Source: Heterodontus francisci (Eukaryota). From it: a DNA stretch of 64,000 nucleotides. Made by a program: the position numbers and the translations under genes. Positions 1 to 11,104 of the stretch are shown here, in pieces. Every line of letters starts with the position of its first letter. The stretch's first letter is position 1. The notes under the pieces were generated by a model. That model was not told where the DNA came from. It saw nothing but the letters and a program-made list of their open reading frames with translations, and searched no databases. The DNA lies in contig NC_090418.1 in assembly GCF_036365525.1 (NCBI RefSeq), positions 7,480,304 to 7,544,303 on the forward strand, in the 5' to 3' direction.

Positions 1-1455
1 CATGTCTGTCCAGGGTCCCCGACACAGACACTCCCCTCTGTCCAGTGTCCCCGACACAGACACTTCTGTCTGTCCAGGGTTCCCGACACAGACACTCCTG
101 TCTGTCCAGGGTTCCCGACACAGACACTCCTGTCTGGCCAGGGTCCTCAACACAGACACTCCTGTCTGGCCAGGGTCCCCGACACAGACACTCCTGTCTG
201 GCCAGGGTCACCGACACAGACACTCCTGTCTGGCCAGGGTCACCGATACAGACACTCCTGTCTGGCCAGGGTCCTCGACACAGACACTCCTGTCTGGCCA
301 GGGTCCCCGACACAGACACTCCTGTCTGGCCAGGGTCACCGATACAGACACTCCTATCTGGCCAGGGTCCCCGACACAGACGGTCCTGTCTGTCCAGGGT
401 CCGCTACACAGACACTCCTGTCTGTCCAGTGTCCCCGACACAGACACTCCTGTCTGTCCAGCGTTCCCGACACAGACACTCCTGTCTGTCCAGGGTCCCC
501 GACACCGACACTTCTGTCTGTCCAGGGTCCCCGACACAGACCCTCTTGTCTGTCCAGGGTCCCCGACACAGACACTCCTGTCTGTCCAGGGTCCCTGACA
601 TAGACACTCCAGTCTGTCCAGGGTCCCCGACACAGACCCTCTTGTCTGTCCAGGGTCCCCGACACCGACACTCCTGTCTGTCCAGGGTCCCCGACACCGA
701 CACTCCTGTCTGTCCAGGGTCCCTGACATAGACACTCTTGTCTGTCCAGGGTCCCCGACACAGACACTCCTGTCTGTCCAGGGTCCCTGACATAGACACT
801 CTTGTCTGTCCAGGGTCCCCGACACCGACACTCCTGTCTGTCCAGGGTCCCTGACATAGACACTCTTGTCTGTCCAGGGTCCCCGACACAGACACTCCTG
901 TCTGTCCAGCGTTCCCGACACAGACACTCCTGTCTGTCCAGGGTCCCCGACACCGACACTCCTGTCTGTCCAGGGTCCCCGACACAGACCCTCTTGTCTG
1001 TCCAGGGTCCCCGACATAGACACTCCTGTCTGTCCAGGGTCCCCGACACCTACACTCCTGTCTGTCCAGGGTCCCCGACACCGACACTCCTGTAGTCCAG
1101 GGTCCCTGACATAGACACTCTTGTCTGTCCAGGGTCCCCGACATAGACACTCCAGTCTGTCCAGCGTCCCTGACACTGACACTCCTGTCTGTCCAGGGTC
1201 CCCGACACAGACACTCCTGTCTGTCCAGGGCCCCCGACACAGACACTCCTGTCTGTCCAGGGCCCCCGACACAGACACTCCTGTCTGTCCAGGGTACCCG
1301 ACACAGACACTCCTGTCTGTCCAGGGTACCCGACACAGACACTCCTGTCTGTCCAGGGTCCCCGACACAGACACTCCTGTCTGGCCAGGGCCCCCGACAC
1401 AGACACTCCTGTCTGTCCAGCGTTCCCGACACAGACACTCCTGTCTGTCCAGTGT
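1..1455. repeat. 32-bp minisatellite (GACACAGACACTCCTGTCTGTCCAGGGTCCCC), ~45 copies, truncated by the window start; intronic to the activating-type receptor gene
   Basis: Directly visible tandem 32-mers with point variants; ends ~100 nt before the acceptor at 1552-1553. Confidence 0.97.
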
Positions 1456-1553
1456 ATCTAATGCTGAGTGTTCCCTGTATTTCTCGCTGTGCTCCTGGAT
1501 TTTGTCCACATTCCTGTTTCCACATCATTGCTGTGGATTTCTGTATTTCACAG

Positions 1554-1730
1554 CGCGGGAGCCCCAAACTACAACAGCCCAGTTAACCTCCTCACTGACT
1601 GCAACATCTCCAGAAGGCAACAAACTGGGCCAGTGGGTGATCCTAATAATCAGGTCCATGCTCGCACTGGGAATACTGACGGTTGTTTGGCTGATTGGAA
1701 TTTATCTGATGAGGAGAAAGAAAGTTACGG
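1554..1730 (+). CDS. Stalk + transmembrane exon of an activating-type Ig-superfamily receptor (putative PILR-beta-like); upstream exons lie outside the window
   Basis: Acceptor TTTCACAG (AG 1552-1553), donor G|GTAATC (1731); 177 nt, phase 1-1. Encodes xREPQTTTAQLTSSLTATSPEGNKLGQ-WVILIIRSMLALGILTVVWLIGIYLM-RRKKVT: Thr/Ser stalk, hydrophobic helix with Arg (AGG 1652-1654), basic stop-transfer. Same phases as the TM exon of the downstream gene. Confidence 0.8.
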
Positions 1731-1871
1731 GTAATCTGAGTATTCTGACTTCATTTGTAGTTATTTAGATAAATGTGATGCTTTTTTAAAGAAGATCTGG
1801 TGTCCCTCAATAAAATCAGTGACCATCCCCCAATGTACAATCTCTGTATGACTGGGCTCCCAACATCACTA

Positions 1872-3075
1872 CAGCCTTGGTGCAAACTGAGCTGAAATCC
1901 AGAGGTGAGGTGAGAGTGAGTGCCCTTGAACAGCAAGGCAGCATTTGACCGAGGGTGGCATCAAGGAGCCCTAGCAAAATTGGAGTCAATGGGAATCAGA
2001 GGGAAAAACTCTTTGCTGGTTGGAGTCATACCTAGCACAAAGGAAGATGGTTGTGGTTGTTGGAGGTCAATCGTCTCAGACCCAGGACATCACTGCAGGA
2101 GTTCCTCAGGGTAGTGTCCTCGGCCCAACCATCTTCAGTTGCTTCATCAATGACTTTCCCTCCAACATAAGGTCAGAAGTGGTGATGATGGCTGAGGATT
2201 GCACAATGTTCAGTAACATTCACAACTTTTCAAGATACAGAGGTAGTCCGTGTCCACATACAGCAAGACCTGGACAATATTCAGGCTTGGGCTGATAAGT
2301 GACAAGTAACATTTGTGCCACACAAGTGCCAGGCAATGACCATCTCCAACAAGAGAGAATCTAACCATCTCCCCTTGACATTCAATGGCATTACCATCAC
2401 TTAATCCACCACCATTAACATCCTGGGGGTTACCATTGACCAGAAACTAAACTGGACCAGCTACATAAATACCGTGGCTACAAGAGCAGGTCAGAGGCTG
2501 GGAGTTCTGCGGTAATTAACTCACCCCCTGACTCCCCAAAGCCTGTCCACCATCTACAAGGCACTGGTCAGGAGTGTGATGAAATACTCTTCACTTGCCT
2601 GGATGGGTGCAGCTCCAAAAACAGTCAAGAGTCTTGACACCATCCAGGACAAAGCAGCCCGCTTGATTGGCACCCCATCTACAAACATTCACTCCCTCCA
2701 CCACCGACGCACAGTGGCAGCAGTGTGTACCATCTACAAGATGCACTGCAGCAACTCACCAAATCTTCTTCGACAGCATCTTCCAAACCCGCGACCTCTA
2801 CCACCTGGAAGGAGAAGGGCAGCAGATGCATGGGAACACCATCACCTGCAAGTTCCCCTCAAAGTCACACACCATCCTGACTTGGAACCATATCATTCGT
2901 TCCTTCACTGTTGCTGGGTCAAAATCCTGGAACTCCCTTCTTATCAGCACTCTGGGTGTACGTACAGCACACAGACTGCAGTGGTTCAAGAAGGAGGCTC
3001 ACCACCATCTTCTCAAGGGCAATTAGGGATGGGCAATAAATGCTGGTCTTGCCATTGACGCCCATGTCCCGTGAT
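1872..3075 (+). mobile_element. 5'-truncated non-LTR retrotransposon (CR1/L2-group LINE), frameshifted RT and 3' tail
   Basis: RT motifs in broken frames (KAAFDRGWHQG, GVPQGSVLGPTIFSCFIND, MAEDCTMF as decayed FADD); tail GGGATGGGCAATAAATGCTGG; other copies at 9.3, 18.7 and 24.4 kb. Confidence 0.9.
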
Positions 3076-3189
3076 TGAAAATAATAAGGATTGTGAGTCC
3101 ATCCTGCCGTACTATCGGAATTCCTGGTTGTTGTCTCTTGTTCTTTTGACATGGAAGTTTCCTGCTATAAACCGTGTCATCGATTTCAG

Positions 3190-3248
3190 GTTCCCCGGAT
3201 GGAACGTTGAGGGAAGTAACCAAACAAGAGTCGAGAAGATCACACTGA
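3190..3248 (+). CDS. Terminal coding exon of the activating-type receptor (short cytoplasmic tail)
   Basis: Acceptor TTTCAG (AG 3188-3189); phase-1 join gives GSPDGTLREVTKQESRRSH* (TGA 3246-3248), no tyrosine; followed by clustered AATAAA signals. Confidence 0.6.
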
Positions 3249-3446
3249 CATCACCCAAAGGAATTTGGGACCAAAGGAGGCCGCCGTATTTCCTGGTGTA
3301 CTGGGCCCCACAAAAGCACAGGCTTGCTCACCGTCACACGACAGGGCCACGTCCTCAACAGAACACACTTTTCAGACCCAATTTTAACCTTTTTAAATAG
3401 ACACTGTCAACTGTTTGTTGCTGTGCACATTTTAATCAGACCCTGT

Positions 3447-3512
3447 AATAAACTCTGTTTGCTGTATTATATAGACCTGACTGCCAAATAAATCTTTCTG
3501 CTTTAAAATAAA
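3447..3512 (+). terminator. Cluster of polyadenylation signals for the activating-type gene
   Basis: AATAAA at 3447-3452, 3487-3492 and 3507-3512, 200-260 nt after the stop at 3248. Confidence 0.6.
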
Positions 3513-4959
3513 TTGTTTGCTATTAAATGGACTTTTTGCTATAATATAAACTCTGTCAGTTATAAGTCCCACCCTGCCTCCATATCATTTGCTGACACGG
3601 TGTCAATCAACACTTTGACAAATGGTATTTTAATGAGCTGACTTCACACAGTACAGAGCTGGTCATCAAAAGCTGACTCAGGGCACAACTGGCGTAAATG
3701 AGCCCGTGCAATGGAGGCCATTCAGCCCATCCCACTTGAGCCAGTGCTAGCTCTTCAATCGGACCTATTGACCACAATCGCCTTTTCCTCCATTTGCCCC
3801 TGTCTCCTTCCACACATTTCCTTCTGAAATCCTGACACAATTCCCTTTCGAAATCCATCCCAAATCAGTCCACAATCCTGTTACTTCCCACTCGCTGAGC
3901 TTCAGGTGAGTTTCGTCCGATTCTGCTCCAGCCTGTTCCTCAATCCTAAGGGATGTCCTGGGTTTGGAATCTGGCAGAGATTAGTGGGATACAGAAAGAA
4001 GGTAGAGAAATATCTCTTGTCACGGAACAATCTCATCTGTTGAAATACAGCCTCATTTCCCACATCATGATCCCACCAGCCCAGTCAACCTATCCTGACC
4101 CCAAAAGAATCTTGTTGGCCGTTGGATTCTCCTTCTCCCATCACTAGAATCCACCTTCTCTCTCTCTCTCTCTCTCTCAATCTCCTCAGCAAGCTTCCTA
4201 CAGGGAAGTCTCAATCACACAACTCAATAGCTACACTCCTCAGGAAGTTAATGTAGGAAATGCAGTGAATTTGCTGCAATAGAATTGAGATTTGGGATTC
4301 TAGTGAGTTCTTCCTCAATTTCCAAACGGCTACCTGGTCTCCAGGGTATACATGCCAACGTCTGGACCGGTTGCAATTGAGAAACCTGGCTGTAAAGTCA
4401 ACCTTCATCGAGTGGGTATCCAGCAAAGTCAAAAAGGGTGAAAGGAAGAAGAGGTTTATCAAGGAGTGGTGGGTTGGTGATACAAGGGTTGGGTTTTCAA
4501 AGCCATTGGTTGGACGAGGAAGGGAAGCGAGCATGAGGTGAGGAGCTTGGGACGGAAGAGTTTGGAAAACTCAGAGGGACGATGACCATTATAGTATCAC
4601 CAAAACAGACATAGAGGAGATGTAGAGAGAGTGAAGGTGACTGGAGGTGAGAGAGGGGTCCATCAAAACACAACGAGCATCCCTTGGCATGAGTGCAGAG
4701 ATACTGGACTAGTGGGGTCATGCGCCCAGGGCTGCGTCCAGGGGCGCAGTTGGCAAATTGCCTCCAAAATGGACCCGACACTAACCCCCACCTGGCTGAA
4801 GTGAAATTGTCTCAATTTGAAGAGCTTTCCGGAAGCTCTGCAAACAGGTACAATTGATGGGAACTTGCCAATCCCAATATTTCAATCTGGCAGCATGGGC
4901 AGTTCTGTGGGTGAGGAGGGCAATAATTTCAAACCCCGCGTTCAGAGCAGAAACCCAAT

Positions 4960-5390
4960 TTACACCTGACGTCACTTACGGTTAATATTCCTCGACCTTA
5001 GGCACTGATTCCACCGATTTCACCTCTTTGCCGCTGCTTACACTGGCCCCAAACAGGACAAACTCGAAGACAATGTAGTGACGGGTATCACTCCTTTACA
5101 CCTAAGATTCCCTGATCTTTTAACACTAACTTTCCTCGGCCACGCTCGGATTTTAGCTGTTGTCTGGGAAGAAATCAGACGGAAGCTCAGAGCCCAGATC
5201 TGAGAGAGGAGGAGGGACTTGATATGAAGAGATAATTTCCCAATTGGAGACGGAAGTGGAACCAGAGAAATAGGAAGGAGAAAAACAGAACTAACTGGTC
5301 AGAAATAGTGAGTGTGTCACAAAGGCCGTCTCAGTATCCTGTGGTCTGTGAAGCCTCCTTCAGACTCACAGAGTGAGATGAGTAGCTGTC
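4960..5390 (+). promoter_or_regulatory. Putative promoter of the PILRA-like gene (no obvious TATA box)
   Basis: CRE TGACGTCA 4967-4974, GATA AGATAA 5230-5235, ETS CGGAAGTG 5251-5258 and RUNX TGTGGT 5340-5345, all upstream of ATG 5391. Motif matches only. Confidence 0.4.
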
Positions 5391-5433
5391 ATGGACTCTG
5401 TTCTCCATCTGATCATTCTGCATCTCTCCGTCG
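5391..5433 (+). CDS. PILRA-like inhibitory receptor, exon 1 (signal peptide)
   Basis: gtcATGG Kozak context; MDSVLHLIILHLSV; consensus donor G|GTGAGT, phase 1, joins the IgV exon in frame. Confidence 0.85.
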
Positions 5434-5619
5434 GTGAGTAAACCAAATTTTATTTTCCTTTCTCGAGTTTCGTGCCTCCATTTTAACATCCCTGCTCTAT
5501 CCATGCAGTCCCTCCCAGGGGCCTCCCACAGCTGCTCCTGGCTTTCCATTTAACACATGGATTAATCAATTACCACCAATGTGATGCCCACCCAAGTTGA
5601 AGAGTATAGGAGGGGGAAC

Positions 5620-6010
5620 AACAAGAACAGCAGGAAAACCTCCCAAGGTGCTCGCCAGAGGCATACGCAGAAAAGGGGCACAGTGCCAAAGCAGATATTA
5701 GGAGGAGTAACCCAAAGATAGGTCAATGAGGTGGGTCTTGACAGAGAGAGGCAGAGACGTTTTAGGGATGGAATTCCAGAGTTTAGGAATGAGATGGCTG
5801 AGGGCACAGACCAAAATGTTGGGGCAAAGGGAGTGAAGTCAGCACAAGAGACCGAAATTGGAAGAAAGCAGATATGTCGGAGGGTTGTCGGGCTGGAGGA
5901 GGTTACAGAGATAGGGAAGGGAGGAATCGAGACCATGAAAGGATTTAAAGACGAGGATGAGAATTTTACACTGGGGGCTTTGGTGGTCTGGGAGCCAGTG
6001 TAGGTCAGCA
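5620..6010 (-). mobile_element. Decayed L2-like LINE 3' fragment
   Basis: Reverse-complement similarity to the L2-like tails at 8280, 32460 and 35430 (GGAATTCCAGAG...GGAGGAGGTTACAGAGATAGGG). Confidence 0.6.
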
Positions 6011-6469
6011 AGCACAGTGAGAGGGGGGAGACTGGGTGAACAGGAATTGGAGTGGATAGGGTACAGTACAGCAGAGGTTTGACGGATGAGTTGAAGGTTA
6101 AGGAAGGTGGAGGATGGACAATGGGCCAGGACTGATCAGGAAGTCGTGGTCAAGATAATCGAACTGTGGTTTTTAAAACTGAAAAACAGAAATGGAGAGA
6201 GTAGGGAGGGCTCCACATTACAGTCATGGAGAAGTAACGGGCGGTTTAACACTGCGGGCACCTGGTGTCGTGTCCCTGATGGTGATGGGTGAGGGGTGGG
6301 AGGGGATTCAGTTACACAGAGAGATTAGACCAGGAGCCTGTCCAAGGCCAGCTCGCAGTCACTCCCCCAGACCCAAACATCGGGTACAAAGCAACATTTG
6401 GAGAGCACAAGAGGCAACCATAGAGACCGCCTCGAAACCAGGAAACAGTGGGAAAGAACAGAAAGAGAG

Positions 6470-7510
6470 GAATTTACAGGCTGGAATCTAATGCAGCAAT
6501 ACAATGCAGTTTATATATAGAATAACAGATACCCGGGAGTGAGTTACAGACTGGAATCTAATCGAAGGGTTCGGGGGGTTCATATATAGAATAACAGATA
6601 CCCGGGAGTGAGTTACAGACTGGAATCTAATCGAAGGGTTCAGGGGGTTTATATATAGAATAACAGATACCCGGGAGTGAGTTACAGACTGGAATCTAAT
6701 CGAGGGGTTCAGGGGGTTTATATATAGAATAACAGATACCCAGGAGTGAGTTACAGGCTGGAATCTAATCGAGGGGTTTGGGGGTTTATATATAGAATAA
6801 CAGATACCCGGGAGTGAGTTACAGGCTGGAATCTAATCGAGGGGTTCGGGGGGTTTATATATACAATAACAGATAACCAGGAGTGAGTTACAGACTGGAA
6901 TCTAATCAAGGGGTTCGGGGGGTTTATATATAAAATAACAGATACCCGGGAGTGAGTTACAGACTGGAATCTAATCAAGGGGTTCGGGGGGTTTATATAT
7001 AGAATAACAGATACCCGGGAGTGAGTTACAGACTGGAATCTAATCGAGGGGTTTGGGGGTTTATATATAAAATAACAGATACCCGGGAGTGAGTTACAGA
7101 CTGGAATCTAATCGAGGGGTTCGGGGGGTTTATATATAGAATAACAGATACCCGGGAGTGAGTTACAGACTGGAATCTAATCGAGGGTTCGGTGGGTTTA
7201 TATATAGAATAACAGATACCCGGGAGTGAGTTACAGACTGGAATCTAATCAAGGGGTTCGGGGGGTTTATATATAAAATAACAGATACCCGGGAGTGAGT
7301 TACAGACTGGAATCTAATCGAGGTGTTTGGGGGTTTATATATAAAATAACAGATACCCGGGAGTGAGTTACAGACTGGAATCTAATCGAGGGTTCGGTGG
7401 GTTTATATATCAAATAACAGATACCCGGGAGTGAGTTACAGACTGGAATCTAATCGAGGGGTTTGGGTGTTTATATATAGAATAACAGATACCCAGGAGT
7501 GAGTTACAGG
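6470..7510. repeat. 68-69 bp minisatellite (CTGGAATCTAATCGAGGGGTTCGGGGGGTTTATATATAGAATAACAGATACCCGGGAGTGAGTTACAGA), ~15 copies, intron 1
   Basis: Unit starts at 6551 and 6620 give a period of 69; copies are near-identical. Confidence 0.97.
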
Positions 7511-7627
7511 TGGCTATTTCAGATACAGGATTCCTCTATTACTGGGAGTATTCTGGAGGTAGTTGTCTATTGGTTGAGAGACTATTTATGATTCCTAAAT
7601 AACCATTTGCTGTTTCCTCTCTCTCAG

Positions 7628-7996
7628 TGATGATAAATGGAAATGATTTCCGTGTGTTCCAGCCCCCCAGCCTGGAGGGGGTGGTCGGGCAGTCGATCAT
7701 TATTCGCTGCTCATTCACTTACCCAGAAAACTACACACCCCAAAAGATTGACATTTCTTGGAGAAGACTTAATTTTCACGGAGAATTTATATTCAACACC
7801 TCAAAGGGGTACATTCACCCTGATTACCGAGGCCGGCTTGAATTCCTGGGTTCTCCATATAAGGAGAAGACCGGCACCATCAGGATAAATCAGCTGAAGT
7901 TTAGTGACTCAAACCAGTATTACTGTCGTGTGGTGACATCAGGACACAGACCCGAGATGTGGCAAAACATCCCTGGGACATTCCTCTCAGTCCGAG
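7628..7996 (+). CDS. PILRA-like inhibitory receptor, exon 2 (single V-set Ig domain)
   Basis: Acceptor CTCTCTCAG (AG 7626-7627), donor G|GTAAAC; 369 nt, phase 1-1. V-set motifs (IRC, ISWRR, D-x-x-x-Y-Y-C) and PILR-like segments SWRRLNFHG, IHPDYRGRL, YYCRV, WQNIPGTFLSV, compared with recalled human PILR SWRRGHFHG, IHKDYVNRL, YFCRV, WQSIEGTKLSI. Confidence 0.93.
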
Positions 7997-8132
7997 GTAA
8001 ACTTGCCTTTGGATTCCTGTGTTTTTCTCTGTATAATTTCATCTTAAGAACATATTTCTTTCTTAAATTGTGTTTCGGCGACACCTCAATTTTCAAACTC
8101 TCTTCGTTTTCAAATCCTTCCCGTTGCCTCGC

Positions 8133-8285
8133 ACCCCTTCCCCCCCACCCCACCTCACCCCCCCTCACCCCCCCCACCCCTCACCCACCCCCACCCCCCC
8201 CTCACCCCCCCCACCCCTCACCCACCCCCACCCCCCCTCACCCCCACCCCCCTTCACCCCCACCCACCCCCCCGTCCCGCAACCC
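8133..8285. repeat. C-rich low-complexity tract (CCCCA/CCCCTCA)
   Basis: Directly visible; produces the spurious poly-Pro/His of ORF 7627-8403. Confidence 0.9.
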
Positions 8286-8600
8286 CACAATCTCTGTAAC
8301 TTCCTCCGAGATCTCTGCACTCCTCAATTCTGACTCTTGCCCATCCCCCGATTTTAATCGCTCCGCCATTGGTGGCCGTGCCTTCAGCTGCCTGGGACCC
8401 TAAGCTCGGGAATCCCCTCCCTAAACCCTCTCCGCCTCTCTCTGCATCGCTCACCTCCTTGAGACACGACTCAGGATCGATCACTTTCCCGTCCTAATAT
8501 CTCCTTATGTGGCTCGGTGTCAATTGTTGCCTGATAACGTGTCTGTGAAGCGCGCTAGGCCGTTTTGTTGCTTTAGAGGCACTAAAGAAATGGAATTGTT
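8285..8600 (+). mobile_element. L2-like LINE 3' end
   Basis: CTCCGAGATCTCTGCACTCCTC...GCCGTGCCTTCAGCTGCCTGGG...CCTTATGTGGCTCGGTGTC; same family at 32460, 35430 and 37740. Confidence 0.7.
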
Positions 8601-9267
8601 GCTGCAACATGGCTGAGCCTTAATATTCTGGCCTCTGATTTGCCGACACTCGTCCAAGTAAAGGACGTCAGTTCCGTTTCCAGCCAATCAAGTGCCAAGT
8701 TTGAAAAGACGTGGGGCCAAGATCCAAAATGGCCACTGGAAATAAAGAAAGGGAAATGAAATAGAAGATGTGGAATCAAAGGTTATTTTGAAAATAAAGG
8801 AGAAAAGAAATTGAGTCGGTGCAGAATAAGATAATGGAGAACCTTGTGGCTCAGTGTTTTTCACTCTGTTCTAAACCTGTGGGATCTGGGTTGGAAGTTG
8901 AATTTGTTAAATGGGGAACAATGTCAACATTTTCAATTGACCCTCCCCCTGCCCCCCAGCCTCAACTGATTTTTGTGGGAGAGACTTCCAGATTCCCACT
9001 CCCCTTTGTTGAAGAAGTGCTTCCTGACATCACCCCTGAACTTCCTGGCTCTCATCTTCAGATTACACCCCCTTGTTCTGGATTCTCCCCCACTAGGGAC
9101 AATAGATTCTCTCTATCTACCCCGTCAAACCTTTATATTATCTTAAACACCTCAATTAAATAATACCTTAGCTTCTATATTCAAGGAAATACAAGCTCAG
9201 TCTGTGCAAACTATCTGTGGCTTTGTTACTGGTCTAGTAATTCAGAAAGTGTGACTCCAATGATGGT

Positions 9268-9990
9268 GAATCTAATCACCTCCCCTTGACATTCAATGGC
9301 ATTACCATCACTGAATCCCCCACTGTCTAAATCCTCGGGGTTACCATTGACCAGAAACTGAACAGGACCAGCCACATAAATACCGTGGCTACAAGAGCAG
9401 GTCAGAGGCTAGGAATCCTGCGGCGAGTAACTCACCTCCTGACTCCCCAAAGCCTGTTCACCATCTACAAGGCACAAGTCAGGAGTGTGATGGAATACTC
9501 TCCACTTGCCTGGATGGGTGCAGCTCCAACAACACTCAAGAAGCACGACACCATCCAGGACAAAGCAGCCCACTTGATTGGCACCCCATCTACAAACATT
9601 CACTCCCTCCACCACCGACGCACAGCGGCAGCAGTGTGTACCATCTGTGAGATGCACTGCAGCAACGCACCAGGGCTCCTTAGACAGCACCTTCCAAACC
9701 CGCGACCTCTACCAACTAGACGGACAAGAGCAGCAGATGCAAGGGAACACCACCACCTGCAAGTTCCCCTCCAAGTCACACACCATCCTGACTTGGAACT
9801 GTATCGCCGTTCCTTCACTGTCGCTGGGTCAAAATCCTGGGACTCCCTTCCTAACAGCACTGTGGGTGTACCTACCCCACATTGACTGCAGCGGTTCAAG
9901 AAGGCAGCTCACCACCACCTTCTCAAGGGCAATTGGGGATGGGCAATAAATGCTGGCCTGGCCAGCGATGCCCACAGCCCCGTGAATGAA
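9268..9990 (+). mobile_element. LINE 3' fragment (same family as 1872-3075)
   Basis: ORF2 C-terminal peptide YKAQVRSVMEYSPLAWMGAA; tail with AATAAA at 9945-9950. Confidence 0.9.
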
Positions 9991-10044
9991 TAGTTGAACA
10001 GGACGATAATTACACTGAGGTGATCTTTTATTTCTCTGTTTTAG

Positions 10045-10209
10045 CATGGAAACCTACTGCCAAGCCTACTACCGAACCCACTACCAAATCGGCAGCTAGT
10101 GCCACCTGGATGCCAGTGTTGATTGGATGCAGTGTTCTGGCCTTTCTGCTCATTTCCCTGGGGCTGGTAGCTGCAGTTTGCAGCTGGAAGAAGCAACGGC
10201 GTCAGCACG
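10045..10209 (+). CDS. PILRA-like inhibitory receptor, exon 3 (stalk + transmembrane)
   Basis: Acceptor TGTTTTAG, donor G|GTGAGT; 165 nt, phase 1-1; AWKPTAKPTTEPTTKSAASAT-WMPVLIGCSVLAFLLISLGLVAAVCSW-KKQRRQH; TM carries no charged residue. Confidence 0.92.
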
Positions 10210-10566
10210 GTGAGTGGCTCCTTCCCCTCTGCCCCGTCTACTGCCCGCAGCCTCTCTTCGCCCCAGACCCTCCTGTTGGCCCTTTGCTGTGCTTGCACCC
10301 GCAGGCCCCGGCTTCATTCCAGCCAGCCTAGAAGGTGGGAGTCAGCTGGCCGTTTAACTGTGGGGGGGGGGCATCGCGGTCATGCCTGATCCCGTCACCA
10401 TCATGTGATAGCGTAGCGATTAGAGAGACATCCCTGGGTCACTGCCCCCTTCCTCCATTAGCGGGGCTAAGATCAGGAGTAGATTTATTGTCCAGAGTCT
10501 AGGGTGAAGATTTGGATCTCAAATCATAGCATCTTTTATCATAGAAGGAGGCCATTCGGCTACTGT

Positions 10567-10925
10567 TTAGATTAGATTAGATTAGAGATACAGCACTGAA
10601 ACAGGCCCTTCGGCCCACCGAGTCTGTGCCGACCATCAACCACCCATTTATACTAATCCTACACTAATCCCATATTCCTACCAAACATCCCCACCTGTCC
10701 CTATATTTCCCTACCACCTACCTATATTAGTGACAATTTATAATGGCCAATTTACCTATCAACCTGCAAGTCTTTTGGCTTGTGGGAGGAAACTGGAGCA
10801 CCCGGAGAAAACCCACGCAGACACAGGGAGAACTTGCAAACTCCACACAGGCAGTACCTAGAATCGAACCCGGGTCCCTGGAGCTGTGAGGCTGCAGTGC
10901 TAACCACTGCGCCACTGTGCCGCCC
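10567..10925 (-). mobile_element. tRNA-derived V-SINE (HE1-like elasmobranch SINE)
   Basis: Minus strand: A box TGGCGCAGTGG, B box GGTTCGATTC, V-domain GCGTGGGTTTTCTCCGGGTGCTCC, CR1-like tail GGGCCGAAGGGCCTGTTTCAGTGCTGTATCTC and terminal (TCTAA)n. Confidence 0.9.
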
Positions 10926-11104
10926 ATCTAGTAGTTCTAGTATCAGCTCTTTGAAAGGGCTATCTAATTAATCCCACTCCCTCCCCCCTGCTCTTTCCTC
11001 ATCGCCCTGCAAACTCTTCCTTTCCCAAGTATTTATCCAATTCCCTTTTCAAAGTTATTACCGAACCTGCTTCCAACGCCCTTTCAGGCAGTGCATTCCA
11101 AATC

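Noticed and set aside
1-1455. Common origin of the left 32-mer and the right 32-mer satellite
   Set aside because: They share length and only short words (CAGGAGTGT in reverse complement, CAGGG..TCCCC); I could not align the full units.
2-1567. Overlapping ORFs on both strands in the 32-bp array
   Set aside because: Same stop-free repeat artefact; only 1554-1730 has splice signals and a protein-like sequence.
7628-7996. Antigen-receptor V segment (Ig, TCR, IgNAR) or NKp30
   Set aside because: The G strand is encoded in the same exon and followed by a splice donor with no RSS; it lacks the FGxG/GxGT J motif and the motifs fit PILR better.
7997-8403. IgV read-through with a hydrophobic stretch and poly-Pro/His tail
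   Set aside because: A donor at 7997 and a proper TM exon exist; the extension is a C-rich tract plus L2 sequence.
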